The notes under the pieces: generated by a model
The model's input: only the letters and a program-made list of their open reading frames with translations
The model's database searches: none
Told to the model about the DNA's origin: nothing
Part shown: one piece after another, positions 49,572-62,273 of the stretch
Position numbering within the stretch: the stretch's first letter is position 1
How the letters are laid out: every line of letters starts with the position of its first letter
Program-made: the position numbers and the translations under genes
DNA from: Calcarisporiella thermophila CBS 279.70
Lineage: Eukaryota; Fungi; Calcarisporiellomycota
Reading direction: 5' to 3'
DNA length: 64,000 nt
Assembly: GCF_041956535.1 (NCBI RefSeq)
Contig: NW_027192195.1
Span: forward strand, 35,731-99,730

Positions 49572-51205
49572 ATGGCCAATGTCCCTCACATCAGATACAC
49601 TCTACCGACCGAGCTTCACCCCGGCTCCTACTACCCTCCCCATATCCCGGGTCACTACTCTCGGCCCCTCATCTACAGCCCCGCCCAACTCCACCGAAAT
49701 GGCTTGAGCCGAGGTCAGCACGCCGCAACGCACCTGACCTCCCACCCCCCATATCCCCCAAGCCAGCTGCCTCTCCCCTCGCCCCCCATTCACCACACTC
49801 TCTCCAACAGCACAATATCGTTTGACTGCGTTCCCGCACAGCAGCCCGAACATTCGCTGCTAAATGACGTCTTCTTCTCCACTCCGCCGGCCACGGAGCC
49901 CTCCATTGAAACGTTGCCACTTCATTTGGACTTGCCACCCGTCGCGGTGGACTCGGATAATGGGGCTTTTGTGGAGACATACGAGATGTCCAACCCTCTG
50001 CCGAGCCCAAGTGAGTCATTGGAGACATCCATTTTTGGAGTGGAAGAATGGTCGCAGGCGGACGATGGAGAACAGGAGAAACTAAATGAGGAGAGAGAGG
50101 ACGCGGGTGGTTTTACGACAATAGAGGCCTCCAAGATACGCGAGTTGGACGACACAGACGAGGGAGTGTACCACCTATCGAAGCGGAGAAGATTGTCATT
50201 TGGTGTGGATTTCGATTGCGAATTTGGAATTGACAGCGGGTTTGATGAGTATGGCGCGGAAGGACCGGAGGAGGAATCGGACGGAAAGAATGCGGAGATT
50301 TTCACGAAGCAACCTGAAGAAGAAACGGCGGCTCTTGAAGATGAAGCCGCCTTTGTAGGAAGACAAGATGTTCAAGCGTCCTCTGATCTAGAGTCGGAAG
50401 AAGAAGAAGAAGAAGAGGAGGAGGAGGAGGAAGAGGAAGGTGAGAAGGAGAGCGGGGCGGAAGTGGAGGAAGCGGAGGAGGAAGAGGCTGACGAAGCCAC
50501 ATCCATTAACACATTGGATCAGGTACCTCCACGGCCAACGCAGAGTCCTACTATTTACCAGCAGGTGAGAACCCTATAAGCTGCATCGCGCTCCCCACTA
50601 AAACAACTCATGACATTTGACTTTTCTGCCTTCTAACCAGCTTACTCGCGCCCGCATCGATTGGTGCAGATATTGCGGCACGACGGAGGGAGTGAACTGG
50701 CGCCCCGGGCCATGGGGCAAGCGAACTCTCTGCAACAAGCACGGGTGTGATTATAAAGGCTACGGCTTCGTATGCAAACTGCCGCGCCTGGATTTGACCT
50801 CCTTTTTGCATGAAGCCGTTACCGACCGGGACCGGCCAGTTTTGCAGCTCTTCTGCTGCGTTTGCCAGAAACGCGAGTCCACCCGCGGAAATGTGCTGGT
50901 CAGATGCGAGGGGTGCCCTAAGGCGTACCACCAGCAGTGCTATCCGGGCGGGATTGCGGATCCCGTTGTGGCCGCAGAAGGGCCGTGGCACTGCGAGGCC
51001 GGGTGCAGCGAGAATCTGAAGCGAAAGCGCATTGGTATGTACCTGGTGTTGTTTTCTTTTCCACCTGCCCCCCTCCCGTTGTTAACCTCTGCGCCCCTCT
51101 CCTTGTCTAGTGGTCGAGCTGCCAAGACGCCGCCTTCCGCTTATGTCCTCGCCAAAGGCTTCCGCCATTCCCCCAGCCTCGCGCCGCCGTTCCCTCAAAA
51201 ACTAG
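49572..51205 (+). CDS. Atypical GATA-like zinc finger + PHD finger protein (3 exons)
   Basis: Pro-rich and acidic N-terminus; CRYCGTTEGVNWRPGPWGKRTLCNKHGC; PHD C.VC...LVRCEGCPKAYHQQC...WHC...C. Confidence 0.82.
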
Positions 51206-52139
51206 TCGGACTGTGGCGCGGGAGGCTGAGAGGATGAGATTGAGACGCTTTTCAAATCATTTTGTATTATCTGGTCTACTCAACTTCGCTTCGACCTTGT
51301 TGTATATACATTTACGTAAATAAACATAATCTAATTTAGAGCAGGACTCTCCCACCCCTCCCTGTTTAAGAACTCTGGTTGACACTAGAATAATACGCCT
51401 TACATAAAAAAAGCCACCTCACTTCAGCATCTTGCAGCGGAAATCCGCCAAAGGCGCTGCATTGCCGCGCGAGAAAAGTTAACGAAAGAAAAAAAGATAG
51501 GAAGCAGAAAAAGAAGGAGCCTTCGGCATCTAGTTCGTCTTTGGTTTTTTTTGGGGAAGGAGGAGGGGAGGAGGCCGAGAGAGGAGGGGGTCAGAATGAG
51601 GCTAGTCGAAAAGAGTTTTCCTCCCAAAAGGTTAAACTTTGCGCACGGTCCACGCATTCCGCTGAGGGATATATATACATATACCTCCGGGTTCCCAAAT
51701 ACAGTCTCCAAGGCCTTGGCTACTCTCGATCGAAAGAACTTAGTAGCAAATTAGTCTATTTTAGCTCCGGGACAGCTCTAAAACTAGTTTTTTTCTCTCT
51801 CCATTGCCGCTGCTTCCAATTGAACAGTTCCCGGGATTTTCTTCCCTGGGATTTGATGTTGTCACAGGGCAGGGGAAAAGCATGATACCGAGTCTCTAAC
51901 TCTAAAGCCTATGCTTGTTACTCATATTATCCAAGCATCGCATCAGGGAACATAGCTATCCTCGCATAACTTTAAAGCGGGGGTTGGCCTTGACGGACGC
52001 TACAACGCTTTAGCTCTTCTTTCCGTCTCCCACTCGTTGAGCGTGCGCCTGCCTCCTTCTGCTACGCCCTCGTCTTTTTTATTCTCTTGGTTCCTATTCT
52101 TTGGCCTTTCTCGGGTTCAGTAGCCAACTTCATTGGGGT

Positions 52140-52769
52140 ATGACGAGGTACAATTCCACCGTTGGATTGTGTTCGGGATCCCTTGCCAATTAACTCCCCC
52201 CCCCCATCCATACTAGCTACTCCATTGTGTTTGCCCAGCAGCCAACTCATGGGTATGCCATTCATAGCAATGACTCGGCCGCAAGGACTAAGCGCCTGAC
52301 CCCCCCGCTCATTGTGCAATGCTTCCAATACGATGAGTATACCCAGACCTATTCCGAGTAATAAGTCACTTTTGCTTTTCTTTATTCTGTCCTCCCCCCC
52401 TTTTCCCAGGAGGCCTCTATCATTGACTCACTTCCCCTCTCCCAATCCAGTATTCCCGAATCCACCAGTGCCGTACTGGTCGCTTATGTGCACCTATACA
52501 CGGGCGACGGAGTCCATCGCTACGAGCAGGTCCCCATCGAAGGCATCTATCAGAACCTACTGGCGGGGAATCTGGTCGCAAACGCCGTCAAGCATCGCGA
52601 TGGGTACAATCGAATAGGCGTGTATTTCTCGTTTCCTGACCTCAGCGTTAGGCTTAGCGGAACTTATAGATTAGCTGTGTACGTGCACCATATGGGGTTA
52701 GCGTCGGGTCAGGGGTGGGCAGCTGCGGTCGCGTCGGGATTGACGGGCCCTTTTGAGGTGTATGAATAA
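52140..52769 (+). CDS. Velvet-domain-only protein (~155 aa, 3 exons)
   Basis: Exons 52140-52147, 52217-52357, 52451-52769 give MTSYSIVFAQQP...RLTPPLIVQ...LAGNLVA...GVYFSFPDLSVRLSGTYRL...TGPFEVY. Confidence 0.78.
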
Positions 52770-54086
52770 ATTTCTCGGTGTTCCCTTTTAGGTCAGCACG
52801 GATGGCCAAGAGGAGTGAAGGCTAAGGAGAGAAAGAGAGTGCGTGAGAGAGAGAGAGAGACAAGAAAAAAGGAAAGGGAAAAAATTTTTGTTAAAAAGTC
52901 TTGCTCCATATATCCAGCATGATTTGCCCCCCTCCCCATATAGCATCCAAAAGAACGATATATCTATTTTCCTCTATGCCATATACTTGCATCCTCGCGG
53001 ACATTTGTTCAAGGATTTCTTTTTTGTTTATTTACTCGTTGGAGTGTTGACCCAACCATACCTGCAGACGCTTGTTTGCTATTATCCAATACACTTAGTA
53101 TGTGCCCGTGTCATTTTTAAAAGTCCATCCTTGTGTTTCCATTTATTTTTCTCTTTGATGCTTATTTTCTATGCCCCGTCTGCAAACAGGAAGCGCAGAG
53201 CCCTCCGCCTCCCCCTCTTTTCGGCCGCTTATGATGAGAGAAATTATGTGTCCCGATCTCTCTGCAAAGCGTGCTGGATTGCTTGGCTTGTTGTATAGAT
53301 CCTCTCTGCTTCTTTTAAGAATGACCTAGGCCGTGGGTTGTGTTCAACCAATTTATCAGGTTACCATCCGAACGCGTTTATGACTTGGGGGTGGGGAGCC
53401 TACCGTGGAATTTCATGGGAAAGTAGGTAAAATTGAAAAGCGAGAGGAGCCGAAAATTAAGGTAGATCTTCAGCAATTTCCATCCCCCCTAAGTGGTGCC
53501 GAGGGGAAATTTTCTCGGAGCGGTGAGAAAATGCGGGAGGAGAAGTGTTCTGTGACTGAATAAAAGACCGGGCGTAAATGATCTCTAAGGCTTATACTAA
53601 AGGACTAAAGGGACACAAGATAAATCATCACAATTGGAGGGCGTCACAGCACTATCCTTGAAGAACCTCTTACACTGGATGCTTAAAGCATAATATTTCA
53701 AAACCACTCGACCGCTTTCGCTCTCGAAGCTTTACCGGGTAGCATCACACGCTTTTGTGGAAGTTGGTCTGTGGTCTGCTCTCAAATTCACCCGATTCAG
53801 TATATTGGTGCCTGACCAATCGCCGGAGGGCACGGGAGGGTCGAAATCTTTATGCTGTCTCCAGCATAAAGGATATAAAGATGCTGCTTGGTATACTTTT
53901 CTTTATCACGCTGTCTCTTGTTCCCTCCCTTCAATCCTCCTCTTACCCCCCTTCCATACCACACTTCCCTTGCCGGTCAAGGTTTTTTTTCACGCTTTTG
54001 CGCGCATTCCATCACCTATCTTCCCCATCCTCATTGCATCCCATATATATCTCCTTTGGCTAAGCTCTTCTTACCCTTTATTTACG

Positions 54087-55213
54087 ATGACGATCTCGAA
54101 AACCACTTTTTTCTTGGCCGCTCTTCTGCTTTCGGCAGCTCCCTCCGCGTTCGGGCACATGGAAATGCAGTTTCCCGCCCCACGTCGCTCCAAATTTTCT
54201 TCCTTCTACAAGAGTAAAGGCCAGGTGGACTTTGATTTGACCTCCCCATTGAATGGAAACCAGTTCCCCTGTAAGCGATACGGGGAGGGTCCTGCGGAGA
54301 ACACGTTCCGTGCCGGCCAAACGGTGCCCGTGTCTATCGTGGGTGGGGCGCCGCACAACGGAGGGCATTGTCAGTTTGCCCTAAGCTATGACAACGCGAA
54401 AACATTTGTAGTGATTCAGGACGAGATGGAGACGTGTCCCCTAGAGCGCAAATATAACGTCAAGATTCCCGAAGAGGCTCCTTCTGGCAAGGTAGAGATT
54501 GAATTTCCAAAAGAGAGAAACTCGGCCTTGACCTTTTGTACTTCCCTTTTCGTTAGGCCATTTTCGCCTGGTCATGGGTCAACGCCGTTGGTAATCGCGA
54601 GTATTACATGAACTGCGCCGACGTGAATATCCAAGGGCGCCAGGGGGGTAAGCTCACGGGCAAGGAGATGTTGGTGGTGAATCTCCCTGGAAGACCCACT
54701 ATCCCCGAGTTTATGGGGAACCGAAACACCGGCAAAGAGCTGTTCGCCAAACGCAAGACCATCACCGTTAGCGGAAACGGGCGAGTGGAGAAGGGTGGGG
54801 ACGCGGCCGAAACACCCAGCCAGGAGCAGGAAAAGTCGCAGAAACCGGAGGGACCGCAGGGCGGAAAAAATCCTCAAAGACCTACCAATCCCCAGAGGCC
54901 AACCAACCCCCCAAGGCCTGCTAATCCCCAGCGGCCCTCGAACTCCCAGAAACCGGCCAATCCTCAAGGGGGTGCTCGGCCCAACAAACCGAACAGGCCC
55001 GCCTCTCCTAATGCCGCGTCCCAATTCACGGCCGCTGGAGCGCCTTGTCAACGCGAAGGTGAGATTCGATGTGTGAGAAACAACGTGACTCGAGAAATGA
55101 TGGTGTGCCGTCGCCGCCGGTTTGTGCGACAGATGTGCCCAAGGGATTTGGTGTGCCGCGATGCTGGTGCAGCGCTGGGTGGGCAATCTTGTGGCCCTCG
55201 CCTTCCCCAGTAG
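54087..55213 (+). CDS. AA11-type lytic polysaccharide monooxygenase with Pro/Asn/Gln linker and C-terminal Cys module (2 exons)
   Basis: Signal peptide then N-terminal His ([10 protein letters not shown]), [42 protein letters not shown]; six-Cys C-terminal module. Confidence 0.9.
54869..54976 (+). repeat. 6 x 18-bp coding repeat (NPQRPT-like) in the LPMO linker
   Basis: [36 protein letters not shown]. Confidence 0.8.
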
Positions 55214-57542
55214 TTCGAAAGGTGTGGGTTAGTGCCGGTCTCGACCACCTCTTTCCTCTTGAGCGAGCATAAGTTTTATCAATCCTATTTTTGCTATTTT
55301 CTTTGTAAAATGGACCTTATTCTTTCTACTATTTCTGGCAATATACCTTGAAATATAATATCAACATCAAAGTTAAAGTGTTTGGACCATTCGTCCCGAA
55401 AACAACTAAGGGGGAAGCGAAATGGTAGAGGTTCTGAAGACAGGCAATCGGGTATTTCCAAAAGAATACATTCCATGTCTAGTAGGGTACACAAACGGCT
55501 CTTACACTGATTAGTGGCCCATTCTATTCATCCATGACTCCGGTAATAAAAAGAAATAAAGCCCCTTCCCTTTTCTCCGAGCATAGGAGAGGCGCACTTG
55601 GTTCCATCGACTCGATAATCAAGGTGTATCCGTCCATTGGGGAGATAATCTTTTGGCGACATCACGGGGTCAAGATAACGACCCAACCCTCTATGAGTAA
55701 CTTGGCAAAAACTCTACACCAAATTCAAAATCGAAATAATTTAGCCGGAGAGGCCGAGGAGAGTTAGGAATGGAGACAGTTTACAGCCACTGGCGGTGAT
55801 AGAAGAATTCCGGTTGAGTACCAGATTCCCCAATTTTCCCAGCTCTCCGACCGAATATTGGGTGGGCGGTAGCATCAGGTGGAGCATGGTTATTGCCGGG
55901 CGATCCTCTGTCATGCTTGCGGCAAATGGTAAACCGATCTCGAGCTGGGCTTGAGAGAGTTGGGAGAGGGGGAAACAATATTCCTTGTTCTTAGAATTGA
56001 AAGGAAGCCTGCCGGGGAGGGAGGAGTTCGAAGTGCCACACTTCAACGGAGGTCTACCTCACAAAAAGTAGGCTTAACATGTACAGAGGGCCGTTTTCAA
56101 GCCGGTTAGTTGAAAATTAAATTTTGACCTCTTGAATACAATGTACATTATGCCCTAGCAGGGTGGGGTCCGATTGAGTTGGCCCAGGAGCTTAATCTAG
56201 TTCTACAAACCATCACTGGGGCGATAAGAGATTTCAAACCTTCACTTATCGACTCTTTAATAATCAGCCTGCTCATGTCATTGTGAATGGAACCATTACT
56301 AACGCCTATGCCCCGTGGCTCGGAGCGGTCTTGAGGTTCTTTTCTACCACCTTTTTTTTCTTTCCTCTCTTTCATCCGCAAATGGTTAGGTTAGAGAAAA
56401 GCCTCAATTTTACAAAAGGAGAATGCGACTTTCCACTCAGACCCACAAAAAGGTCCGCCTTTCTCCCCCGCTCGAAAATCTATGGTAGCGGGGATTGTGC
56501 ACAAATTGCTAAGAGGGCAGTGGATGAATAATGGGCTCTGATTCACCGAGACGAAGTTCATAAGAACGAAAAATAATCACAGAGCACAATTGAATCAATT
56601 TTCGGGGATAGAAAGCTCGTGACGCTTTCTGTAAAGTAATTGTAATAGAGAAACAAACATACATTTCCCTCTTCTCCCCATCCTAAGCCGGCTGCGCAAG
56701 GGGGGAATCTTTCCAAGTCCCCCAGGCGCATTCCCATAGGCTTTCTTAACAAATCCACTGCACGAATAGATTACCCTTATCATGATTGGAAAGAAGGATG
56801 GCCCCCTCTCCCCTCCAGCGGTAGGTTCCACGGAACTTCCGCACTACGTGTGACCAGTTTAGAGTAGGCTTACTATTACCGAGCCCTTTCTACCATGGCC
56901 TCACCAATGTGTTAAGTTGAATAGGCGAACTCTAATGCCCTCACTTTTCGTTCCCTTGCTATATCGCCTCTTAATGAAATCCGCTGTGCTGCATTGCTCG
57001 GCTCTGGCCAACGCCTGGCGCTTGGAAGGGATTAAGATGGCCGCTTCTAAAATCAAAACAGCTCCGTGCTTAGCCGACCGGCGTGCGAGAGCGAGTAGTC
57101 GAACCGATTTCGCTGAATCTCGGCCCTCCCTTGAAGCCCGCGCAGAGCTACTTATTGGGGCGGACCGAAAAGGAAGCCGGAATGTGACTCTGAAGTGTGG
57201 AGTGGGTCGCACAGTGTGAAGAGAGTTCACGTTTTTTTTTATGTTTTCCGGAGTTGAAATCTTCTTTGTATTTCATTTCTTCATACGGATATACGTCGAG
57301 TCCGCTTGCCCGAAAGTGGTGTTCCTTCAACATTTTGTGCTTGGAAATGCTACAGCTATAAATAATCCCACCTCTTTACTTCCGGCCTGCTTGTTCTTTT
57401 TTTTTTGGACCTGAACCTTCTGCGAGCACTGCTCCCTTTATTTTTATCCTTCTTTTTATCATTTGACACCTGCTTGAAAGTCCCAAGTCAAGGTTGTCAT
57501 CTATCTCTTATTGCCTTAAGCTTGAGCTAAACTATCCTCACC

Positions 57543-59053
57543 ATGGGTATTGCGTAAGTGCCTCTCTTCCTCAAGCCGTTTTCTCTTTAATATGCTGATG
57601 GGGATCTGCGCCCGCTTTTTGTAGTGAAACCCTCGAAGGGTCCGCTATCTTCCGCTGGTACCGTCAGCCCATTGTCCAGGTGTCGCTGCTCGGATTCATT
57701 TTCTTCTGCTGCCCTGGTCTGTTTAATGCGATCAACGGTATGGGTGCGGGCGGTCTGCTTGATGAGAACAAAGCTGTGGTCTCCAACATGAATGCTGTGT
57801 TAAATGCTCTTTTTGCTATTGTTGGTTTTATGGCTGGTGGTATTAACAACGTGGTTGGCCCTCGCTTGACCATCTTCTTCTCCGGCTGGGGCTATGTCAT
57901 CTATATTGCTGCTCTCTACAGCTATCAGATTCACTTTAGCAGTGGCTTCAATATTGCAGCTGGCGCGATTCTCGGTATCTGCGCTGGATGTATCTGGGCT
58001 GCTCAAGGTGCACTCATGATGTCCTACCCCACCGAGCAGACGAAGGGCCGATATATTTCCGTGTTCTGGTCCATCTTCAACTGGGGTGGTGTGATCGGCT
58101 CGTTTGTGGCTTTCGGCATCAACTATAACGCTCAAAGGGGAGGCTCGGTGACATCCTCAACCTATGTCACCTTTATGATTCTCATGGGCATTGGTACTTG
58201 CTGTGCACTGCTCTTTGTTCCTCCGAATCTTGTGCGTCGTGCTGATGGATCTCCAGCCGTTGTGATTAAGTACCCGAACTGGAAGAACGAGGCGATCGAA
58301 ATCTTCAAGCTTGTCGCCAACAAACAACTCATGCTCCTTTTCCCAATGTTCTGGTTCTCGAACTGGTTCTATGCCTATCAATTCTCTACCAACGGCACTT
58401 TCTTCAACGTCCGCACGCGCGCACTCAACTCTGCCCTTTACTGGATGGCCCAGATTGTCGGCTCCATCATCTTCGGTCTCTTCCTCGACACCAATCGTTT
58501 CAATCGCCGCACACGCGCCTTTTTGGGCTTGGCCATTGTTATTGTTTCCTTTGTGGCCATCTTTGCCGGTGGAACTGCTTGGCAAGCAACATTCGATAGA
58601 AAGACTTTTACTGACAACACAAGAATTGATTTCATGGATAGTGGTCGTTCTGCTGGCCCTATCATCTGCTACCTGCTCTACGGTCTTTGCGACGCTCTCT
58701 ACCAAGTGTACTGCTACTGGCTTATGGGTGCCCTTACCAACGACCCGCTTAAGCTTTCTCGCTACGCCGGTTTTTACAAGGGTGTCCAGTCCGCTGGCGC
58801 TGCTGCTGCATGGGCCGTAAACGCCGCCCCCAATTTGTCGATGATGCACGAACTTGCCATCAACTGGGCCTTGCTTGCTCTCTCTATCCCTGGTGCTCTA
58901 CTTGTGTGCCGTGGCGTTACGGATACTAATATTGGTCACGAAGAGTACAATCTTGAGGCTGAGAAGGACAAGCAGCTTGAGGCTTACCCCGAAGACAAAA
59001 TCGAGTTGCCCGCCGAAGCCGCCGCGGAGACCACCGACAAGCCCAGCCATTAA
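57543..59053 (+). CDS. UNC-93-like (DUF895) MFS transporter (2 exons)
   Basis: QVSLLGFIFFCCPGLFNAINGMGAGG, WAAQGALMMSYP..TKGRYISVFWSIFNWGGVIG, SNWFYAYQF, FNVRTRALN, RYAGFYKGVQSAG. Confidence 0.92.
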
Positions 59054-59764
59054 ACTTGTTCACGTCTATTGCTCTAAACTAAGAGAAGACGCGAATCGAT
59101 TCTCCATGGACTACTTTTATTACTATACCTTTTTGTTTTTTTTCGAAGATTTATCCTCTTAATGTAATCTCTTTATAATTAGTTTATCATTACATCCCCC
59201 CCCTTCAAAGTATTTATTCATAAACTTTGTATGTTTTAGCTTCTACTTTTTATTTCCTTAGGGTTAAAAGCGATTTTTTTATTAATTCTCTCTAATCTCC
59301 CCTTCCCAGTGGTGAAATCTGCTGAGACTCTATTCAACCTAAATAATAATTAATTTGTCGAAGCCTCTTGACGTTTGACATCGGAAGTGTCTGTGGTGGT
59401 CTTAGGCCCTTGAGCATGGGGTCTAGAGCGCAGAAACTGCGGCATGGAAAAAAAATTATTCGGGGACCTAGCATTGGAGAGGCCCTTTTGTGAAATTTCA
59501 GTGTTCTGAGTCGCTGAATTTTCGAGTGTGGCAAATTGCGCTGGAGCTGTGCATTGAGGTCGGTAATTTTTGGCAGGGGAGGGGGGGAGGAATAGAATTC
59601 GACCGCTCGAAAACTTGCCGATCCCATTCGAGCTCGAAGGAAGGAAAAAAAAAAAGGCTGTTCCCGTACTGATTCGGCTGTTCGCTCGTAAAATCTCTTT
59701 TCTCTTTTTTTCTCTCTCAAAATTTCCCCTACTTGGAGCAATCCAAATCCTCTGCTCTGAAATC

Positions 59765-61032
59765 ATGCCCCAACGTACCAAAAAGCCGATGGGTGCTGCC
59801 TCGCAAGGCCAGGCGCCCCTCAAGGTCTCCACCCTGCTCTCAGCGCTCCAGCACTCCACCCCAGAGTCAATGCTCGAGCAGCTTGGCTTCCCGCGTGGGT
59901 CTTCGCGCGTGCACAACCGCGAGGACTTATCGCGACTATTATACAGCGCGCTTATCTGCGCCAAACTTCTCGGATCACGCGTGCCCCACAACCAGGCGCT
60001 GCGGGCCGCCGATGCGTTTATCCACCACGATTGGCAGAAAGTGGCGGAGCAGGGACAGCCGGAGGGACAGAGTGAGGGAGAGAAGAAGGCCGGAGGGGAG
60101 AACGGGCAGGAGGGCCAGGAGGTAGACGACCCGGAAACCCGTAAGCGCAAGCGGCAGAACGAGGATCTCCTCCTTACGCCCGAGATTCTGGAACGCACCA
60201 CCGTCGAACAACGCACTGCCTTCCTACGGGACAACGGGTTTGCCCGCTATGATGAGTCGGCGGCGCGATTCCTTGGCCAACAGGTGGAGACGATTCTGGG
60301 AGAAAACCGGGAAAAGGAGCAAGGTGACCTGAAGGGTGATTTTCTGGCGTGGGTGCTGCGGGGATTAGATGCGGGGGCAGACCGGGAGCAAGTTGTGAAG
60401 CATCTGCGTGCCCGTGTAGCGAGCTTAAAGGGAATGACAGAGCATGCTGCCGACGTGTGGTTATGGTAAGAGCTGGAGTGTGCAGGGCATTGCCACAGAG
60501 ACCGACCTTCTTACTTCTTTCCTCACCCATTAGCATGGCACAGGTCTACCTCTCCGAGCCCCTTCTCAACAAGAGTGGGCTTAAGCACAAGCTCGATATC
60601 TTCCCGTATATGGACGAGCGTGCCCGTAAAACATTTACGTCCATGTTCGCCAACGCACAGGAGTCGGAGGACGCTTCTGAGCAGCAAACTCAAGCAGAGG
60701 GCGCCGAAGGCAAAAATGAGGGGGTCAAGGGTGACGAAGAGCGACGCCTGCTTCACTATGTCACCCAGCACATCGCTCCCAGAGAGAACGAAAAGCAGGA
60801 GTTAGGAGAGGAGCGAAAGCGATGGGAGTTTGTGCGCGTCGTTGACGCACTATTGCTCTGTGAGACTGAAAAGAAACGGGCGGAGGTTATGGCCCATGCT
60901 CGCGGAGAAAAAGTGGGAGACATGCCAAAGGAAAGCCAACCACTGGGAATGGAGCCCGAGGCGAAAAAAGCAAAGGCCGGTAAAGAGAGCACGGAGGCCG
61001 TACGGACCGAGGCCCAAGCCGTCGAGGAGTAA
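59765..61032 (+). CDS. Hypothetical protein resembling the HhH-GPD-fold 'endonuclease' family (2 exons)
   Basis: LLYSALICAK...V.H..A..A, T.EQR..FL...GFARYDESAARFLG, KGD, LKGMTEHAADVWLCMAQ, FPYMDERA; recognised from memory of this motif series. Confidence 0.55.
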
Positions 61033-61559
61033 GGCGGCCTCGCATGCTTCTCCGCCATCGAGAGAGACGCTATTCTGTACTCGTTATCGAGGCACTTTTC
61101 TCTTTTTCTATTTAGTGTATGTTGGCTGTGCATGTTTTAGTGTTTTAGTTATCTATCTTTCGTAAATAATAATAGCGTATATTTAGGCCTAGTTTTCTAG
61201 ACATTGGGAGAAAATAAAAATTCTTTGTGTATTAACTCGCTCTATTTGTGCACAAATAAGAAAGCAACAGGAGAAGAGAAAAAAAGAAGAAAATGGAGAG
61301 ATTTAATCAGTCGCGTTTAAATTCTCCATCACGGAATTGTTTTTCCCACTATTGAAAATGAGTAAAAAAAGGTTAGTAGTATGACAGAGGGACTGTGGCA
61401 GAAAAGTGAATTACCATCGAGGAAGGAATCCAGCGCTTTGGTTCATTATGCCTCCACTATTACGAATAAAAAGAGGATTGGCAAACTCCAGATTTAACCA
61501 TTAAAAAAAAAAACAAATTCACCTCGCGATCCGCTGAAAATTTCCAGACTCCGGCGATT

Positions 61560-61592
61560 ATTACAGCCATTCCAATGGCTGTAATGGCTGTA
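61560..61592. repeat. 12-bp perfect hairpin with a tandemly duplicated right arm
   Basis: ATTACAGCCATT-CC-AATGGCTGTAAT, then GGCTGTA again. Confidence 0.75.
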
Positions 61593-62273
61593 TTAACTCT
61601 CCAGTTCTTGGGCTGTGTCCACCAACCGCCGGCAGGGGACCTAAAAGGAGATGAAGTTAATTGAGTAGCTTTAAAGAGATCGTATGGTGTCCTTACCAGA
61701 CATCTTTGGGATAAGGATAGCGTTGAACTCCACCCTATACAATGGAATAAAAAAACGTAAGATAATGTCTCTCTCCTAACTCTCTATAGACAATGCTCAC
61801 CATTGTTTATAGAAATCGCAATCTTACTGAGGCTCTCCCTTGATACCCCCCCCCGATAAAATTTCGAAGATTCGAAGGCGCAGTCTCATTGGTGGCTTGG
61901 AAAAATAATGCAAATGTATCGACGATTGGATGCAGTTTCAAGACAATAGGAAGAGAAATCCCTTTTTTTTTGCAGCTCACCTGTAAACGCGCTTTTCATC
62001 ATTTTCTTTATTACTATTTTTTCTTTTGATAACCCATTGAATTAGAGCGGAACGAAGCATTTTTGTCCGCTTTGTCTATCTTCTAATTCCTCTTTATCAA
62101 TTATTGCTCTAGGTAATATTAGTTCACTTCTTCCATTTCCTGCGTATTTCAGAATTCCTATGAATTTTCATCTTGAAATTCTCATTTAATATTTGTTCTG
62201 ATAACATTTCAACTCACTTCTCCTTTATTTTCTTAGCTCAATTAATAGCGCAGGAAATAGCATTTAAGATAAA

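Noticed and set aside
38680-52769. Apparent regulatory gene cluster (GATA, NAP, GATA-PHD, velvet)
   Set aside because: Interspersed with LysRS and with no shared motif seen; proximity alone does not show a functional cluster without synteny data.
55440-56050. Possible spliced minus-strand gene (open stretches ...GRRAGKIGES / EFCQVTHRGLGRYLDP...)
   Set aside because: No convincing start, no recognisable domain, and several incompatible splice options.
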